The notes beneath the pieces were generated by a model. The model was not told where the DNA came from, made no database searches, and saw nothing but the letters and a program-made list of their open reading frames with translations. A stretch of DNA of 64,000 bases, from contig NW_027117349.1 of assembly GCF_038025025.1 (NCBI RefSeq), positions 1,178,001 to 1,242,000 of the forward strand. Reading direction: 5' to 3'. Both the position numbers and the translations under genes were made by a program. This document shows, piece by piece, positions 49,463 to 62,779 of this stretch. The stretch comes from Phyllosticta citribraziliensis (taxonomy: Eukaryota). Each line of letters opens with the position of its first letter. The stretch's first letter is position 1.

Positions 49463-50296
49463 ATGCCGCCGATTCCCATCTACTCCAATGCTCCCATAAA
49501 CTCGCAAACCACGGCGGCAAAAGCAGACGGCATCACGCCGCAAACCGCCACCGACGAGCAGCTTCAACCCGGGCCTACTCCTACGCGGACAACAGCGGTG
49601 CCTACCACGTCGTCTACAAATCCGTCTTCGCCACCGGCACCACAGCCAGGCGCGCGACCCATCCCGCCCACGCAAGCAGCGCAACCAGCTCCATCTACAG
49701 CGCCGCCTCCTGCGCAGCCCGGCCAAGTACCAAGCGCCGCAGCAGCCGCTCCCACGGCGACAGTGTCGAACAGCAGCAGCATCACTACAGCGGCTCCGGT
49801 CCCGCCGCAGTTCAGCATTCCGCCGCCGTTGACCAACGCCGCGGCCACGCACAGCACGCACGCGTCGACGACGTCGCTCGATGGCGCTGCACCGTCCATC
49901 TCGTCTCACGCGGGCCCGACGACGCTGAACTTGGGTCCTGCTCCCCCGCCAGCAGCATCGTCGCAATTCGCCTCGCCGCCCGCCGCCCCGGGCTTGAGCT
50001 ACGGCCCCGTCGCCGCTGCTCCCACGACTGCAGCAAACAATCAAGCACAACCTCAACCCCAAGATCTCTCGCACCCGCCAGGCTACGTGCAAAATCCATA
50101 CGCAGCAGACGGCACGGCGGCGCAGCGCGAACGGCTGGTGGCGGCGGCGCAAGAGCGCAGACTCGATGGGGAAGGAAGCGATGGCAGCGTTGGAAGCGGG
50201 CTTTGGGGCAGTGTTGTCGCTGCGGCGGCGAAGGTCGGGGAGGGATTGAAGAAGGGTGAGGAGGAGGCTTGGAGGTTGGCGGGGGGGAAGAGGTAG
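49463..50296 (+). CDS. Pro/Ala/Thr-rich fungal hypothetical protein
   Basis: Intronless ORF from MPPIPIYSNAPIN with PPAPQPG repeats, DLSHPPGYVQNPYA and a C-terminal amphipathic helix (WGSVVAAAAKVGEGLKKGEEEAWR). Confidence 0.7.
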   Translation: MPPIPIYSNAPINSQTTAAKADGITPQTATDEQLQPGPTPTRTTAVPTTSSTNPSSPPAPQPGARPIPPTQAAQPAPSTAPPPAQPGQVPSAAAAAPTATVSNSSSITTAAPVPPQFSIPPPLTNAAATHSTHASTTSLDGAAPSISSHAGPTTLNLGPAPPPAASSQFASPPAAPGLSYGPVAAAPTTAANNQAQPQPQDLSHPPGYVQNPYAADGTAAQRERLVAAAQERRLDGEGSDGSVGSGLWGSVVAAAAKVGEGLKKGEEEAWRLAGGKR

Positions 50297-51428
50297 ACTT
50301 GGTTGTTTTTAGGAGAAATCGCTGCGTGAGATGTGATAGTATGAGAGTATGAATGGACGGATCGGGTTGGAAGGAATTGAATCATGGTAGTGGTGGAAGG
50401 CTGGCAGAGGAATCAACATCAATCAATCAACAATCCTCATCTCGCGTCGCAGTCACAAGCAGGAGACGGAGGTGAGGGAAGTTCTGTCACGCGCGCCCTG
50501 ACGTTGACTCTCCAGAAGGTATAAAATGTCCTCTAGCTGGCTGCCTGTCTCCATCATTGAGTTGGCGGGCGCCGCAGTTTTCAACCAATAGTGAGCAATT
50601 GCGACTTTCTTGGTTGTCTGTAAGATGTTCGTCAACCTCAAACTTTTGCCTTCTCTTGTCTCTCGCCCCCTTTTGCCTTTCATTCCCGCCCTCGTGGCAT
50701 ACAGCCCCGCTCTTCGCAGCCTCCACATCACCTCGAACCTGCACTTTCCATCATCATCTATCTCTACGCGGCAAAATCAATCATTTTCGCGGAATGCAAA
50801 ATACCGCCCTTCAAGCTCATCAATAAGCAGAGCAGATGGTCTGTCACGACAGGACAAGCCGCGCCACGCGGAGGAAAGAAGAGCGCAGAGAGGAAGGAAG
50901 AAGAGAGAGCACCGTCCATCCGACTTGCCAAAACACCAGCAGACGCACCAGTGAACGCTGACTCGAACATGAATCAGTGCCTGTCGCTGCTCTGCTCTGC
51001 TTGGTTAGAGAGGAAGAGTAAGAGGAAGAGGAAGAGGCAGAGGAGGAAGGTTTTATACTCGTCTGTCTGCGCTGGCATATGCTGGCCATGAGCAAGAGAT
51101 GAGATTGTCTGCTGGCTTGTGACTGTGCTTTAGCTGGCTGCCGCTGCGTGACAAGCATGTGAGCCAGGCGCACGGTGCTGGGTATAAAAACTCGCCGTTC
51201 GCGTCCTGGAGACTTCTTTTTGCATCGTCACTGACGGGGCTGCCCTGCATCCGCATCGCGGATGCTAGTGCCGTACTGCTCGGCCATCATCTGCACACAC
51301 AAATCGCCAACTCTTGCGTTGGTTTTGTGGCTCTTCCGCCGCCTTGTCAATCCAGAGAGCCGGGAGCTGCTGCATCGACAAGCTTCAATGGTGCTCTTCT
51401 CCACAAAAGCAAAACAGAGACCGTCAAT

Positions 51429-51469
51429 CCATCCATCCATCCATCCATCCATCCATCCATCCATCCATC
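51429..51469. repeat. (CCAT)n microsatellite
   Basis: Directly visible, about 10 units. Confidence 0.9.
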
Positions 51470-51999
51470 CGTCTATCCAGCCATCCGCCCATCCAGCCAG
51501 CCTACCAGTACTTTTGCCACACAACACACCAACACAGAAAACCCCGGCACAGTGTCAACGTGAAAGATTTCGATACCCCTTTTCTATAGGCGAGTACAGG
51601 AATCGGGATTTAAGCTGTCATGTTATCCAGCTCAGTCCGCTACATTGTGGTAGAGAAAGTGAGAAGGCGCTGTGATTTACGGGTGTGCATTGGACTGTGG
51701 AGGGAGGGAGGGTTTGGTTTGGTGTGTGTGGTTAAAGCCCTCTCCCTTTCACTGCTTTGAGACAGACCGCAACATCTCCTTACGCTAAAGGAGAGCGCAT
51801 CACGAAAGTCACTTCCATAGCTAGCTATTCATAATCGTCCTTGTTTCTTTCACTTCTGCCTGTGTTTTGGCTGGGCTGCCTGTACATTTTTATTTCTATT
51901 TCCATGTTGACTGAGTTTGGTTGAGGAGTGTGTTCGCCATGTCTTACTAATCAAAGTGATTGTGTGAACTGTTGATTTAACTATCTACTAAGCTGTCTA

Positions 52000-53576
52000 T
52001 TTTATAGAAAATACTAGATAGCTTACCTTATTAGGTATTACTATCTATAAATAGACCTTTATAATATTATAGACTAGATATACTAGTTAAGTAGGTTACC
52101 TAATTTAATATATCCCCTAGCCTATAAAACTAGTAGATATAGGAAAATATAGTATTAAATACTAGGAAAATATCCTAATTAGGAAAAACTTAAAATAAGA
52201 TATAAATAAGACCTTATAAATATACCTATTATAGTAGCCTATATCTAATTATCTTATAGAACTACTTATACTTTACTACTAATAGTAGCTTAGTAAGTCT
52301 ATTAGTAGCTATCTTATTAATTAGGATATATAAGATAATTATAACCCTATTCTTAACTACCTATTTAATATACCTATAGTATATATTAATATACTTAGTT
52401 ACTATATTAAAGTTACTACTATTAGTAAAGTAGACTATATTCTTATTATTATTATAGAGTTTAATAGGTTTTATATTATTACTAATATAACCTATCTCTT
52501 TAAGGACTTAGATTATCTAAATAGCCTACTTAGCTACTCTACTTAGCTACTAAAGTAAGATTAATAAATTTAGCTTTAATTATTAATATTAAAATAAGCT
52601 TTTATTACCTACTCTTTATATATATAACCCTACTAAGGGCTATTACTATAAACCCTAATAATAACTAATATATATTAGGATTATTAATAAAGGCTATATT
52701 AGTATAAATCTAAAGATTAAGAGTTCTATTAAGTAATAGGTAGAGGTAGATACTATAATTCTTTACTCCTCTTAAATAATAGAAAACTCTTTTAGCTACT
52801 TTAAGGTATTCTAGTAATAAATTATAGGAGTAATAAAAGAGATAAGAAGCTATAAAGAGAATAGATAGGTAGTATTAAGTAGTATACTATATTAGGATAC
52901 TAACTATTTTACTATAGAGCTTTTATTAATCTATATTAATAATACTATTATATTTATAGAGCTTAATAATATCTATAAGAGTTATAACTAGGTTTACTAT
53001 TAATAAGCTAAACCTATTAAGTATATTCTAAATATAGCTAGGTTATAAGAGGAATAAACTACTATTAAGGTAATAGTTAATTTATAGTCTAAGAAAATAG
53101 TATAGTTATCCTATCTACTTAAATCTAAAGTATAAGATAAGTAGGGTAATAACCTTATTAACCTCTACTTAAGTTAGTATTATAATATAGATATTATTAA
53201 TATAAATAAGAATAAAGGTAAGGCTCCTCTCTCTATATATAATATATATCTTAAATAGTAAGGAGTAGAAACTATAAGTAGAGAGATAATTATAAAGAGT
53301 ATAAAATTAAAGGAGAGGGGAGTAATAAAGACTATATAGTACTTATTATAGATACTAAACCTTACCTAGTTTAATATATCTAGGTAATATATAGATAAAG
53401 ACCTTATCCTTAATTAAAGTATTTAGAAATACTATTAGAATATTACCTTACTTATAAATTAGGTAGTAATAGATATAGATTACTAGAAAGAGTATAAATA
53501 AAGTAAAAGAGGTAATAGGAGAGTAAACCTTAAGCTTACTAGTATTAGAATACTAAAAGTTACTATAGATAATAAG
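52000..53576. mobile_element. Unclassified RIP-degenerated repeat relic, possibly continuing at 62503-62777
   Basis: Same RIP signature, which implies it was once repeated. No diagnostic motif recognised. Confidence 0.4.
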
Positions 53577-54165
53577 TATTATAGGCTAATAGGTTACCTA
53601 ATTAGTAGGCTATTTCTATATAACTATTTATCTAATACTAAGGTATATAAGTATAGGAGATAAAGCTAAGTAAGAAGGGTATATAATAAGGTATAAGTTA
53701 AATTAGTAGAGAGTCTACTTAGGAGTATTAATTATAAGAAAATAAAGATAGCTATCTATAGTATTTATATAATAAGGTCCTTTTATATTCTATTACCTAA
53801 CTTACCTTAGGGATTATAATAGAAGGAAGGTAGGTACTATAAGAGAAGAGACCTTATCTTAACCTTATCTTAATCCTAAATTATATAATAGTTTACTAGC
53901 TTATTAGTAGTAATATACTTCTTAAAACTAACTACTTAGCTAAGTCCCTACTATAGGTATAGGAGGTTCTATTATTATTTCTATTATTATATTAGTAATA
54001 TATATATAGGTACTAGGGTTAAATTATCTAAGTAGCTATAGCTCTTAGAGAGTTAGGTAACTTTAGTATATATAGCTTATAGTTATAGCTAGTAGTTATA
54101 GTATAGGTATACCTAGTACTTAATACTAAGTAGTATAATTATAGGTTTTTAGCTAATCTATAATA
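53577..54165 (-). repeat. 3' LTR of the Gypsy element
   Basis: Direct repeat of 61918-62502. Termini TATTATAG...CTATAATA are the RIP-altered TG..CA inverted ends. Confidence 0.9.
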
Positions 54166-57100
54166 TTACTCCCCCTTAGGTTTAGCCTAAGGTATACCTA
54201 TAGGTAAGAGTAGTTATCTTATCTAGGTATTATATCTTAATACCTTAGTAGGTATAGATTAGGTTTAAGTATCTAACTCTATATAGAGAGTTAGTTTATT
54301 TTAAAGCTTCTATATACCTAGGATACTAGAGTAGGTACTCTAGTAAGTATACCTATAGCTATATCTATAGGTATAAGTCTATTATAAAGGCTTTCTACTC
54401 CTACCTTTAGCTCTAATCTTTATTATTATACTTATTATACCCTACCTCTTATCTTCTTTAGTAAGTTTACCCTTAGCCTATAGTATAGCCTTAACTAATT
54501 AATAATTTAAGGCCTTTATTATAACTAGCTTTACCCCTATTAATTATCCTATAGGTTCTAGTAGTTCTAGTTAGTCTAGTAGTATAGATAGTAGTCTATA
54601 AGGTAAGTAAAGCCTTATCCTTAAGATTTAGGTATTTAGTACTAATAACTTATATAGCTAGTAGTAGTAGTTTCTCTAGTAGCTCTTTAGAGTTTATACC
54701 TTTATATTCTTTAATACCTACTCCTACTAGATAGCCTTATATTATTAGTCCTATATATACTCCTACCTACTTAATTACTTTATCTATATATACTATACTA
54801 TATAGCTATACTACTCCTTCTAGTAGTACTTCTACTACTACTTACTATTATCCTTAGGCTTATTAATCTAAGTATATATATCCTAGTATTAGTCCTTCCT
54901 ATAGTCTACTTAATTATAACTCTATTAGTCTAGTTATAGGCTCTTCTAACTATCTATCTTTATTTTATTACCTTTACTATTACCCCTTACCTATATATAA
55001 AGGAAAGGGAAGAGCTAAGAAAGAGTCTAGTTTTAAGGGTTCTAATAAGGGTTCTTTAGGATTATCTTTACTAGAACCTAAACCTAAAGGATTTAATAAG
55101 GGTAGTATATATATCCTATATTTAGAGAAGATTTAGGCTACCTTAAGTAGGGTAAGTAATTTATCTATTTTTTAGCTTTTAAGTTATACTAATAAAATCC
55201 TAGGCTCTAGGAAGTAATATTACCTATAATATATATAAAGAGCTTCTATTATTACTATATAGCTATATTAGTATTCTTATAGTTCCCTCTATTTTAGTAA
55301 ATAACCTAGTATATTATTATTCTTAGGCCTCTACTATAGCTATTTAGTTTACTAGTATCCTATAAGCTATAGATTATAAGTATTATATATATATAGTACT
55401 ACTAGGTAGTATTTACTATCTATTTATTAGTTATTACTAGGTCTCTAGCTCCTTTAGTAGTAGCTATAATAACTATAAGTAGGATAATAGTACTTCCTCT
55501 TATAGTATATATAATCTAGATAACTATATTTATAATAGCTAGTATAATCCCTTAGATATAGTTCCTAACTATCTAAATAACTTTATAGCTAGTCTTAGTA
55601 GTTTATTCTTAGAGGATAAGCCTATACTAGATACTAGGGCTTCTTTATCTAGGGAGACTAAGGCTAGCCCTACTAGTCTATTTATTAATATACTATTACC
55701 TACCTATATACTAGCTATTCTATCTACTAGCTCTACTTCTACTACTTTTACTATATCTACTACTTCTTTACCTAGTAGTACTACTCTTTCTAAGTAGAAG
55801 GTAATAATTCTATATATACCTATAGGGCTTCTTAGTTATATAGTTCCTATAGTCCTCTTAGTAGCTTACTCTTCTTTATCCTTACCTATACCTAGTAAGT
55901 ATATTCCTTCTAGTAAGCTAGGCCCTTCTTCTTTATCTAGTATATCTTCTTTATCTAATAAATCTAGTAGTAGTAGTACTAGCCTACTAGCTCTAGTATA
56001 TATAACTTCTCTATCTACTCCTAGTTCTTCTACTACTATACTATTATAGGTTTCTAGTTCTAAGATATCTTCTTTATCTCTCTTATTATTATTATTACCT
56101 ACTTCTATAGTACCTATTTATACCTACCCTTATATCTAGCTTATATATAGTCCTATTACTCCTTATAGTTCCCTAGTTAGTTTCTTTAGTAATAATATCT
56201 TTATAGACTACTAAGGTATACCTCTACTATTATATAGTCTAGGTAATTAGCTTTAGGCTAAGGCCCTTACCTATTAGTCTAAGATAGAGGGTTTATAGGA
56301 GGGGGAGGAGGAAGAGCCTTAATAGTCTATTTTCTTAGTATATAGTAGGTTTCTCCTAGGGGTATCCTACTTTTTCTAGTAGTATTAGAGGGTATAGTTT
56401 TAGTTAGTAGCTTAGAGAGTAGGCTTATTATCCTTTATAGTACCTTTATAATCTAGCTTATATACTATTATATTCTTCTAGTCTTATAAGTATTTTAATA
56501 GTCCTAGTATCTTAAAGAACTTAGTATAGTACTGCTTAATTTAATTAGGGATACTAACTATATCTAGGGCCTTATACTATATATTATCTTAGTTATATCC
56601 CTTCTACTATACTTAGTACTTTAGGGTACCTTATTCTACCTTACTATTATATATAAAGTTAACTTTATATTCTTCTTAGTTCTAGTAGATAATTAGAGGT
56701 TTAGAAATAAGGACCTAGCCTAGTAGAAAGGAATAAGCCTTCTATAAGTAGTCTATATAGAAGAGGTTTATAACTTTAGTATATACTAGAAAATCTAGCT
56801 TATAGGAGTATCCCTTTTTCTTAATAATATAGTAGGGCCCTTAGTTCTAGGTATTAAGTTTAGTACTAGGTTAGTTAGTACTTATACCTTATATAGAGAT
56901 ATATACCTTATTACCTTCTTTAAAGTCTAATTCCTACTAGAATTAGTTTATAGCTTATACTATTTACTCCTAGGTAAGACCTAATTATTATTTAGCCTAC
57001 TATATAGTTTCTTATATATATTTAGTAAATCTTTATATAGTAATATAAGATAGTTTCTCTATAGGTTCTAGATATATAGTATATTTCTCCTAATTAAATA

Positions 57101-60100
57101 GGAAGCTAGGCTAGTAGCTAAAGATTAACTTATAGGGGGATATACCTATAGATTTATATAGGAGTATAACTTATATAAAGTCTAGTACTAAAAGCCTTTC
57201 TACCTAGTTATCCTAGAAATAGTTAATATATAGTTATAAATATAGGTTAATAACCTAGTTTATAATTTTAGTAGTACTATTTATCTAGGAGTAGTAGGCT
57301 AAGGTAAGCTTCTATTTAACTCTAATTATTATATATAGCTTATTCTAGAAATCTAAAATAAACTAGGGTCCTTAGTTAGAAACTACTAATTTAGATATAC
57401 TATATATTCTCTAGATATACTAATAGTATAGTTAGATAATACCCTTAGTATTAATTACCTTATAGTAGGGAAGGCTAAAGGTTTACTTACTTAGCTAGTC
57501 TATAAATACTAAGATAGTATTATACCTAGATTTATCCTTAGATATCTCTTTAAAGTCTATAGTAATATATTACTATACCTAGTCTAGAATTAGAAGGGGT
57601 TAAAGTAGTCCTAGTTTCTTATTATAAAAGTTTATATTCCTTTAGTATATATAGTAGACTTTTATAATATTATTAATTTACTAGAAGATACCTAGCTAAT
57701 AGTAGTATCTTCTTACTACTTTCTAAGTTTTATTTTATCTAGTATATATAAGTAGGGGTAATAAGTAAATTTTATTTACTAGCTCTATATATAGGATATC
57801 TTACTTAGGAACTATAAGTTACTCCTTAAAGAAGAGGTAGTTATTATAGAAGGTCTAATTCTTCTTATTAGATTTATAGGCTTATATATACTATTCTTAT
57901 AATAAGCTAGACTTTTTATTTACTTCTAATACTCTATTTAGGATTAGGAATAAGCTACTAAAAGTAATATTAAGGATATTTAGATTAAGAATCTAGTCTT
58001 TAGCTACTAACTATATTATATACCTAGTAATACTCTTATTCTTCTAGGTCTATAGCTCTTCTTATTTTTAAGTAAGAGTATTAGTAATAATATTATCTTT
58101 ACCTAGCCTATATATAAATTATATATAGTATTTAGTAAGTTTTTCTAACTATTAGGCTTATTAAGTATTAAGTTAGTATTTAGTAGAGAAGTATTTAAGT
58201 ACCTAGTAATTAGTAATAGCTATAAATAGCTAATATAGGCCTAGGAGTATACTTCTCTATTCTTTAAATCTATATATAATAGTAAGGAATTCTTTATTAT
58301 AGATTTTATACTAGAGTTCTATATCTAATATTAACTTAGAGTAGAAAGCTATAGGCCTCTATTCTCTAGTTTCTTAATACTATAATAGAACTCTAGCTAC
58401 TACCCTATTACTTATATCTATTTCTATATATATAAGTAGCTTAGGATTATAATATACTATTACTAAAGAGCTAGTTATTATCTTCTTTAGTTATTAGAAT
58501 ATCTAGACCTTAAAATTATTAAAGGTATAGAATTTTTATTTAGAGTAGAGTTTCTCTAGAGGTCTAGCTATTCTACTATATTTAGGGATAAAGTTTTAAT
58601 AGAAATTATAAAACCCTAGAAAGGCTTAAAGTCCTTTAAGGGTTATTAGTAGGTTCTATTTATATATAGTAGATATCTTATCTAGATCTATAGAAATTCT
58701 ATTAGTAGAGATAATATATTCTAAAAACTTTATATAGGTAATAGAGAATTTAGATTTCTTAATATCTATCTATAAGTTAGTATATTATAGTTATTTAAGT
58801 ACCTTCTTAACCTACTACTTATACTTCTAAGGGTTCTCTAAGATAATAAGTAAGTTATCTATAAAAGTAATAATAAAATTATCTAGGTATAGTATAAGTT
58901 CTTTATTAATAAAGTACTAAAATAAGGTAGGACTATTATAGAGTTTAAAGGGGAGTATAGTATACTTAAAATATCTATATTATATATAGAAGGTTATTAG
59001 GTCCTAGGATTCTAGGTCTATAAGAATTTAATAAAATACTTATTAAATATCTAGCTTAGTATATACTTTACCCTTAGTAATTCTTTAGAGAATTTCTTAG
59101 ATAAGAGGTAGAGGGTATAGGTCTTTCTTAATATAAGTATTTAAATATTAATAGTCTATATAGAATCTCTAGTTACTACTACCCTTCTAGACTATAAGAA
59201 TTAGTAATATATATTATATAGTACTTTTAACTATAAAGCCTTTTTTAAGGTTTTTAAGGATATACTTCTTTATAGCTTATAGTTATTCTATTATTATTCT
59301 ATATAAGGGGCTTAAAGGGAGGGAAAAGGGTTTATTTCTATTAATAATAATCTAATAATTAATACCTAGCTAGTATAGGGGTAGGGTATTAGACTATTAT
59401 TTAGAAAAGATATCTTAGTATTTCTTATACTATAGTAGGAGGTATTTATTAAGGAGTTATATAGTTTCTTTAGCTTCTTCTAGTAAAGTAAGTTCTTAAA
59501 TTCTTATATTAACTTCTTAGAGGGTAATAACTTAGACTTCTAAGGATTTATCCTATATAAAAAGAGAGTTTAAAGGAATAAATAAGGAGTTAATCTCTAG
59601 GTTATCTATTTTCTCTTCTATATCTTTTTAGGCTTTTTCTCTTCTTTCTAGGTCTTTTTAGTATATTTCTAAGATTTTTCCTTATTAGTATACTACTAAG
59701 TAAACTAGGAGAAGTATTTTTTTATATATAGGTAGAGCTTTATTATCTTAGCTAAGAAGCTTATATTTTTTATAATCTAGTAAAAGGTTATTCTAAGAAA
59801 AGAAATATTTCCTAAGTATAAGATTATTATAACTAATTATTATAATAAAGGCCTATATTTTATATATTTTTTAGTTAAGGGTAATAGTAAGAAAATAGGT
59901 ATACTTTAATTTAGTAGCTACTTATCTATTAAATCCTAAGGCTTTAAGTATACCCCTAGTAATTTTATATTTATATATACTAAGAGTATTAAGATATTAT
60001 ATAAGTTATAGGTAGATAAAGTAGGTCTTAAGAGTACTAGTATTAACTAGTACCTTAGTATAAAGAGCTTTTCTATTCTTATAGATCTTAATAGGTATAG

Positions 60101-61917
60101 TAAAGGCTTATCTTTCTATTAAATTATTAATTCTAATATCTATACCTTTAAATTAAAGGGTCCTAATTATTATCTCTAGAGTAGGCCTAGAGCCTAGAGA
60201 AGGGAGTTTTTTAAGTTACTATTCTTAAAGAATTCTTCTAGTTTAAGTACTAGCTTATTTTCTTTAGGTTATATATCTATTTCCTTAATAGAAACTATAT
60301 AGTCTTATACCTAGTATCCCTCTTTCCTATAATTATAGTAGGTATCCTTTCTACTATTATAAATAGGCTTCTTAGGTTCCTTAGATTTAGTAGTATATAA
60401 GGAAGTACTAGTATAACTAGATTTCTTAAAAGTAGTTAAGCTAATACTAGCTTTCTTTTTAGAATATTCCTCCTATTATTATTTAGCTTTAGATTTACTT
60501 ACTTATATATATAAAGCTTAATAGTCCTTTAGATTATATATAATAGTAGATACCTTATTAATATAGTCCTAGAACTTAATATAGTTATTATCCTTATAGA
60601 GTATTATATATATTTTTAATTAAGGGTCTAAAGAGATATAAAACTCTTCCTTCTATTAGGACTAGAATAGGTCTATATTAAGGGCTAAAGCTATAAATTT
60701 AGTAATATATAATTAGAAATTATTATTAATATAGAAGTAGAGGTACTAGAGGCTATCCTTAGCTTCTTTTCTTTTAAAGGGATTATTAAACTTATCCCCT
60801 AGAAAGGTATATAAATTAGTATTAGTAATAAGTAATTCTTCTTTTTCTTTAATATTAAGAAATAGAAGAAGGTAATTAGCTACTTTACTACTTATTCTAG
60901 ATATAATATATACTATAATTACTACCTTAGTATCTATAGGGTTATCTAAGATAAATTAGTTATAGTTAATCTAAATTTTATTCTTAACTTAGTAGAGCTA
61001 GACCTAGTACTTAGGTACTTTTCTATTTATAAGGAGAGGTAGGTCTAGGATCTTAATATAGTACTTCTAAATAGGCTAGCTAATAGTAGTATAAGCTAAA
61101 TTATAAGAGAATATAGTTTCTTTATAAGATAAGTATTCCTAGTTAGTCTATTCTTTAGTAATTTTATCTATTATATAGACTAGTAGGATTATTAAAATCT
61201 TATTCCTATAATAGTCTATAAACTATCTATAGTAGAAGATTACTCCCTCTATAGTAGCTACTTAGTACTTCTTATTAAAGAGTAATTTTATAACCTCTAT
61301 CTTATAAATCTTATTATACTAACTCTTACTAGCCTCAGTTTATCTTAAGAGTTTATTAAAGAGCTTAGGAATAACTTCTATATAGGGCCCCTATTTTATT
61401 ACTACCTTAAGTAGCTTTAGGTTATCTAAACTAATTTTATAAATCTATAGGAGGATAGGGTTCTCCTCTAGTTCTAAAGAAGGGTTATTAGGGCTTTCTT
61501 CTATTTATATAGAAGGGATTAAAGGAGCTATAGAAGTTAACCTTATTACTCTATCCTTTTAATTAGATCCTAGATTAGCTATAGCTAACTAGTTCTTAAC
61601 TTAGTTTAATTTATATAATATAACCTTATTACTTATAGGGGTTTTAGAATAGGAGACTACCTATATTCTCTTTATATACTAATCTCTACTTCTTATATAA
61701 AGTAGCTCTAGCTATATACCTAGGGGTCCTCTAGACTTATAGGGGTATCTATTAGTACTTATACTATAAGACTTAGAATAGGGCTTAGTTAACTAATATA
61801 GGTATTATTCCTAGAATATATATCTAGTATTCTTAGTAGGGGATATTTTAGACCTTCCTAGGTATTAGAAAAGTTAATATAAGGAAAGATATAGTAACTT
61901 AATAATCTTTATTTTTC

Positions 61918-62502
61918 TATTATAGGCTAATAGGTTACCTAATTAATAGGCTATTTCTAAGTAACTATTTATCTAATACTAAGGTATATAAGTATAGGAG
62001 ATAAAGCTAAGTAAGAAGGGTATATAATAAGGTATAAGTTAAATTAGTAAGGAGTCTACTTAAAAGTATTAATTATAAAAAAATAAAGATAGCTATCTAT
62101 AATATCTATATAATAAGGTCCTTTTATATTCTATTACCTAATCTACCTTAGAAATTATAATAGAAGGAAGGTAGGTACTATAAGAAGAGAGATCTTATCT
62201 TAATCTTAAATTATATAGTAGTTTATTAGCTTATTAGTAATAATATACTTTTTAAAATTAACTACTTAGCTAATTCCCTACTATAGATATAGGAGGTTTT
62301 ATTCTTATTTCTATTATTATATTAGTAATATATATATAGGTACTAGGATTAAATTATCTAAGTAGCTATAGCTCTTAGAGAGTTAGATAACTTTAGTATA
62401 TATAGCTTATAGTTATAGCTAGTAGTTATAGTATAGGTATACCTAGTACTTAATACTAAGTAGTATTTAATATAATTATAGGTTTTTAGCTAACCTATAA
62501 TA
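61918..62502 (-). repeat. 5' LTR of the Gypsy element
   Basis: Direct repeat of 53577-54165, differing by transitions and small indels. Confidence 0.9.
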
Positions 62503-62779
62503 TATAGCCTAGCTTCTAGTAGTAAAAGTAGTATAGCTATTAGCTATAAGTCTACTAATTAGTATAAGAGTTATTTAGGGTTTAATAGATAGTAAGTATA
62601 GTTACTTCTCCCCCCTAGTACTTTAGTTTATTATAGGTAGTAAAATATAGGTTATTAAAATAAGGTATCTATATTTTATTATACTAATTTAAATACTTAT
62701 TTATATACTATATAGGAAGATTATCTTATAGGTTAGTAAGAAAAAGTATATTAAGAATATTATCTAGTAGTTCCTACTA

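Larger units (their letters stand above)
53577..62502 (-). mobile_element. Full-length RIP-inactivated Ty3/Gypsy chromovirus LTR retrotransposon (about 8.9 kb)
   Basis: Paired LTRs, and a polypurine tract AAGGGGGAGTAA abutting the low-coordinate LTR on the minus strand. Minus-strand relics in order: gag zinc knuckle (YYNYRKEGY, from CYNCGKEGH, ~60310-60345), RT (KVYTKLDI..YTILPFKLYNSPT..FIDNLLI, ~58850-59075), integrase GPY (~56830), chromodomain (EEYKVNFI..LKY*V**KGY, ~56480-56680). Confidence 0.9.

Noticed and set aside
50450..51700. Short ORFs and TATA-like sites next to the RIP boundary, considered as an effector candidate
   Set aside because: No ORF with a credible ATG, signal peptide or codon bias.
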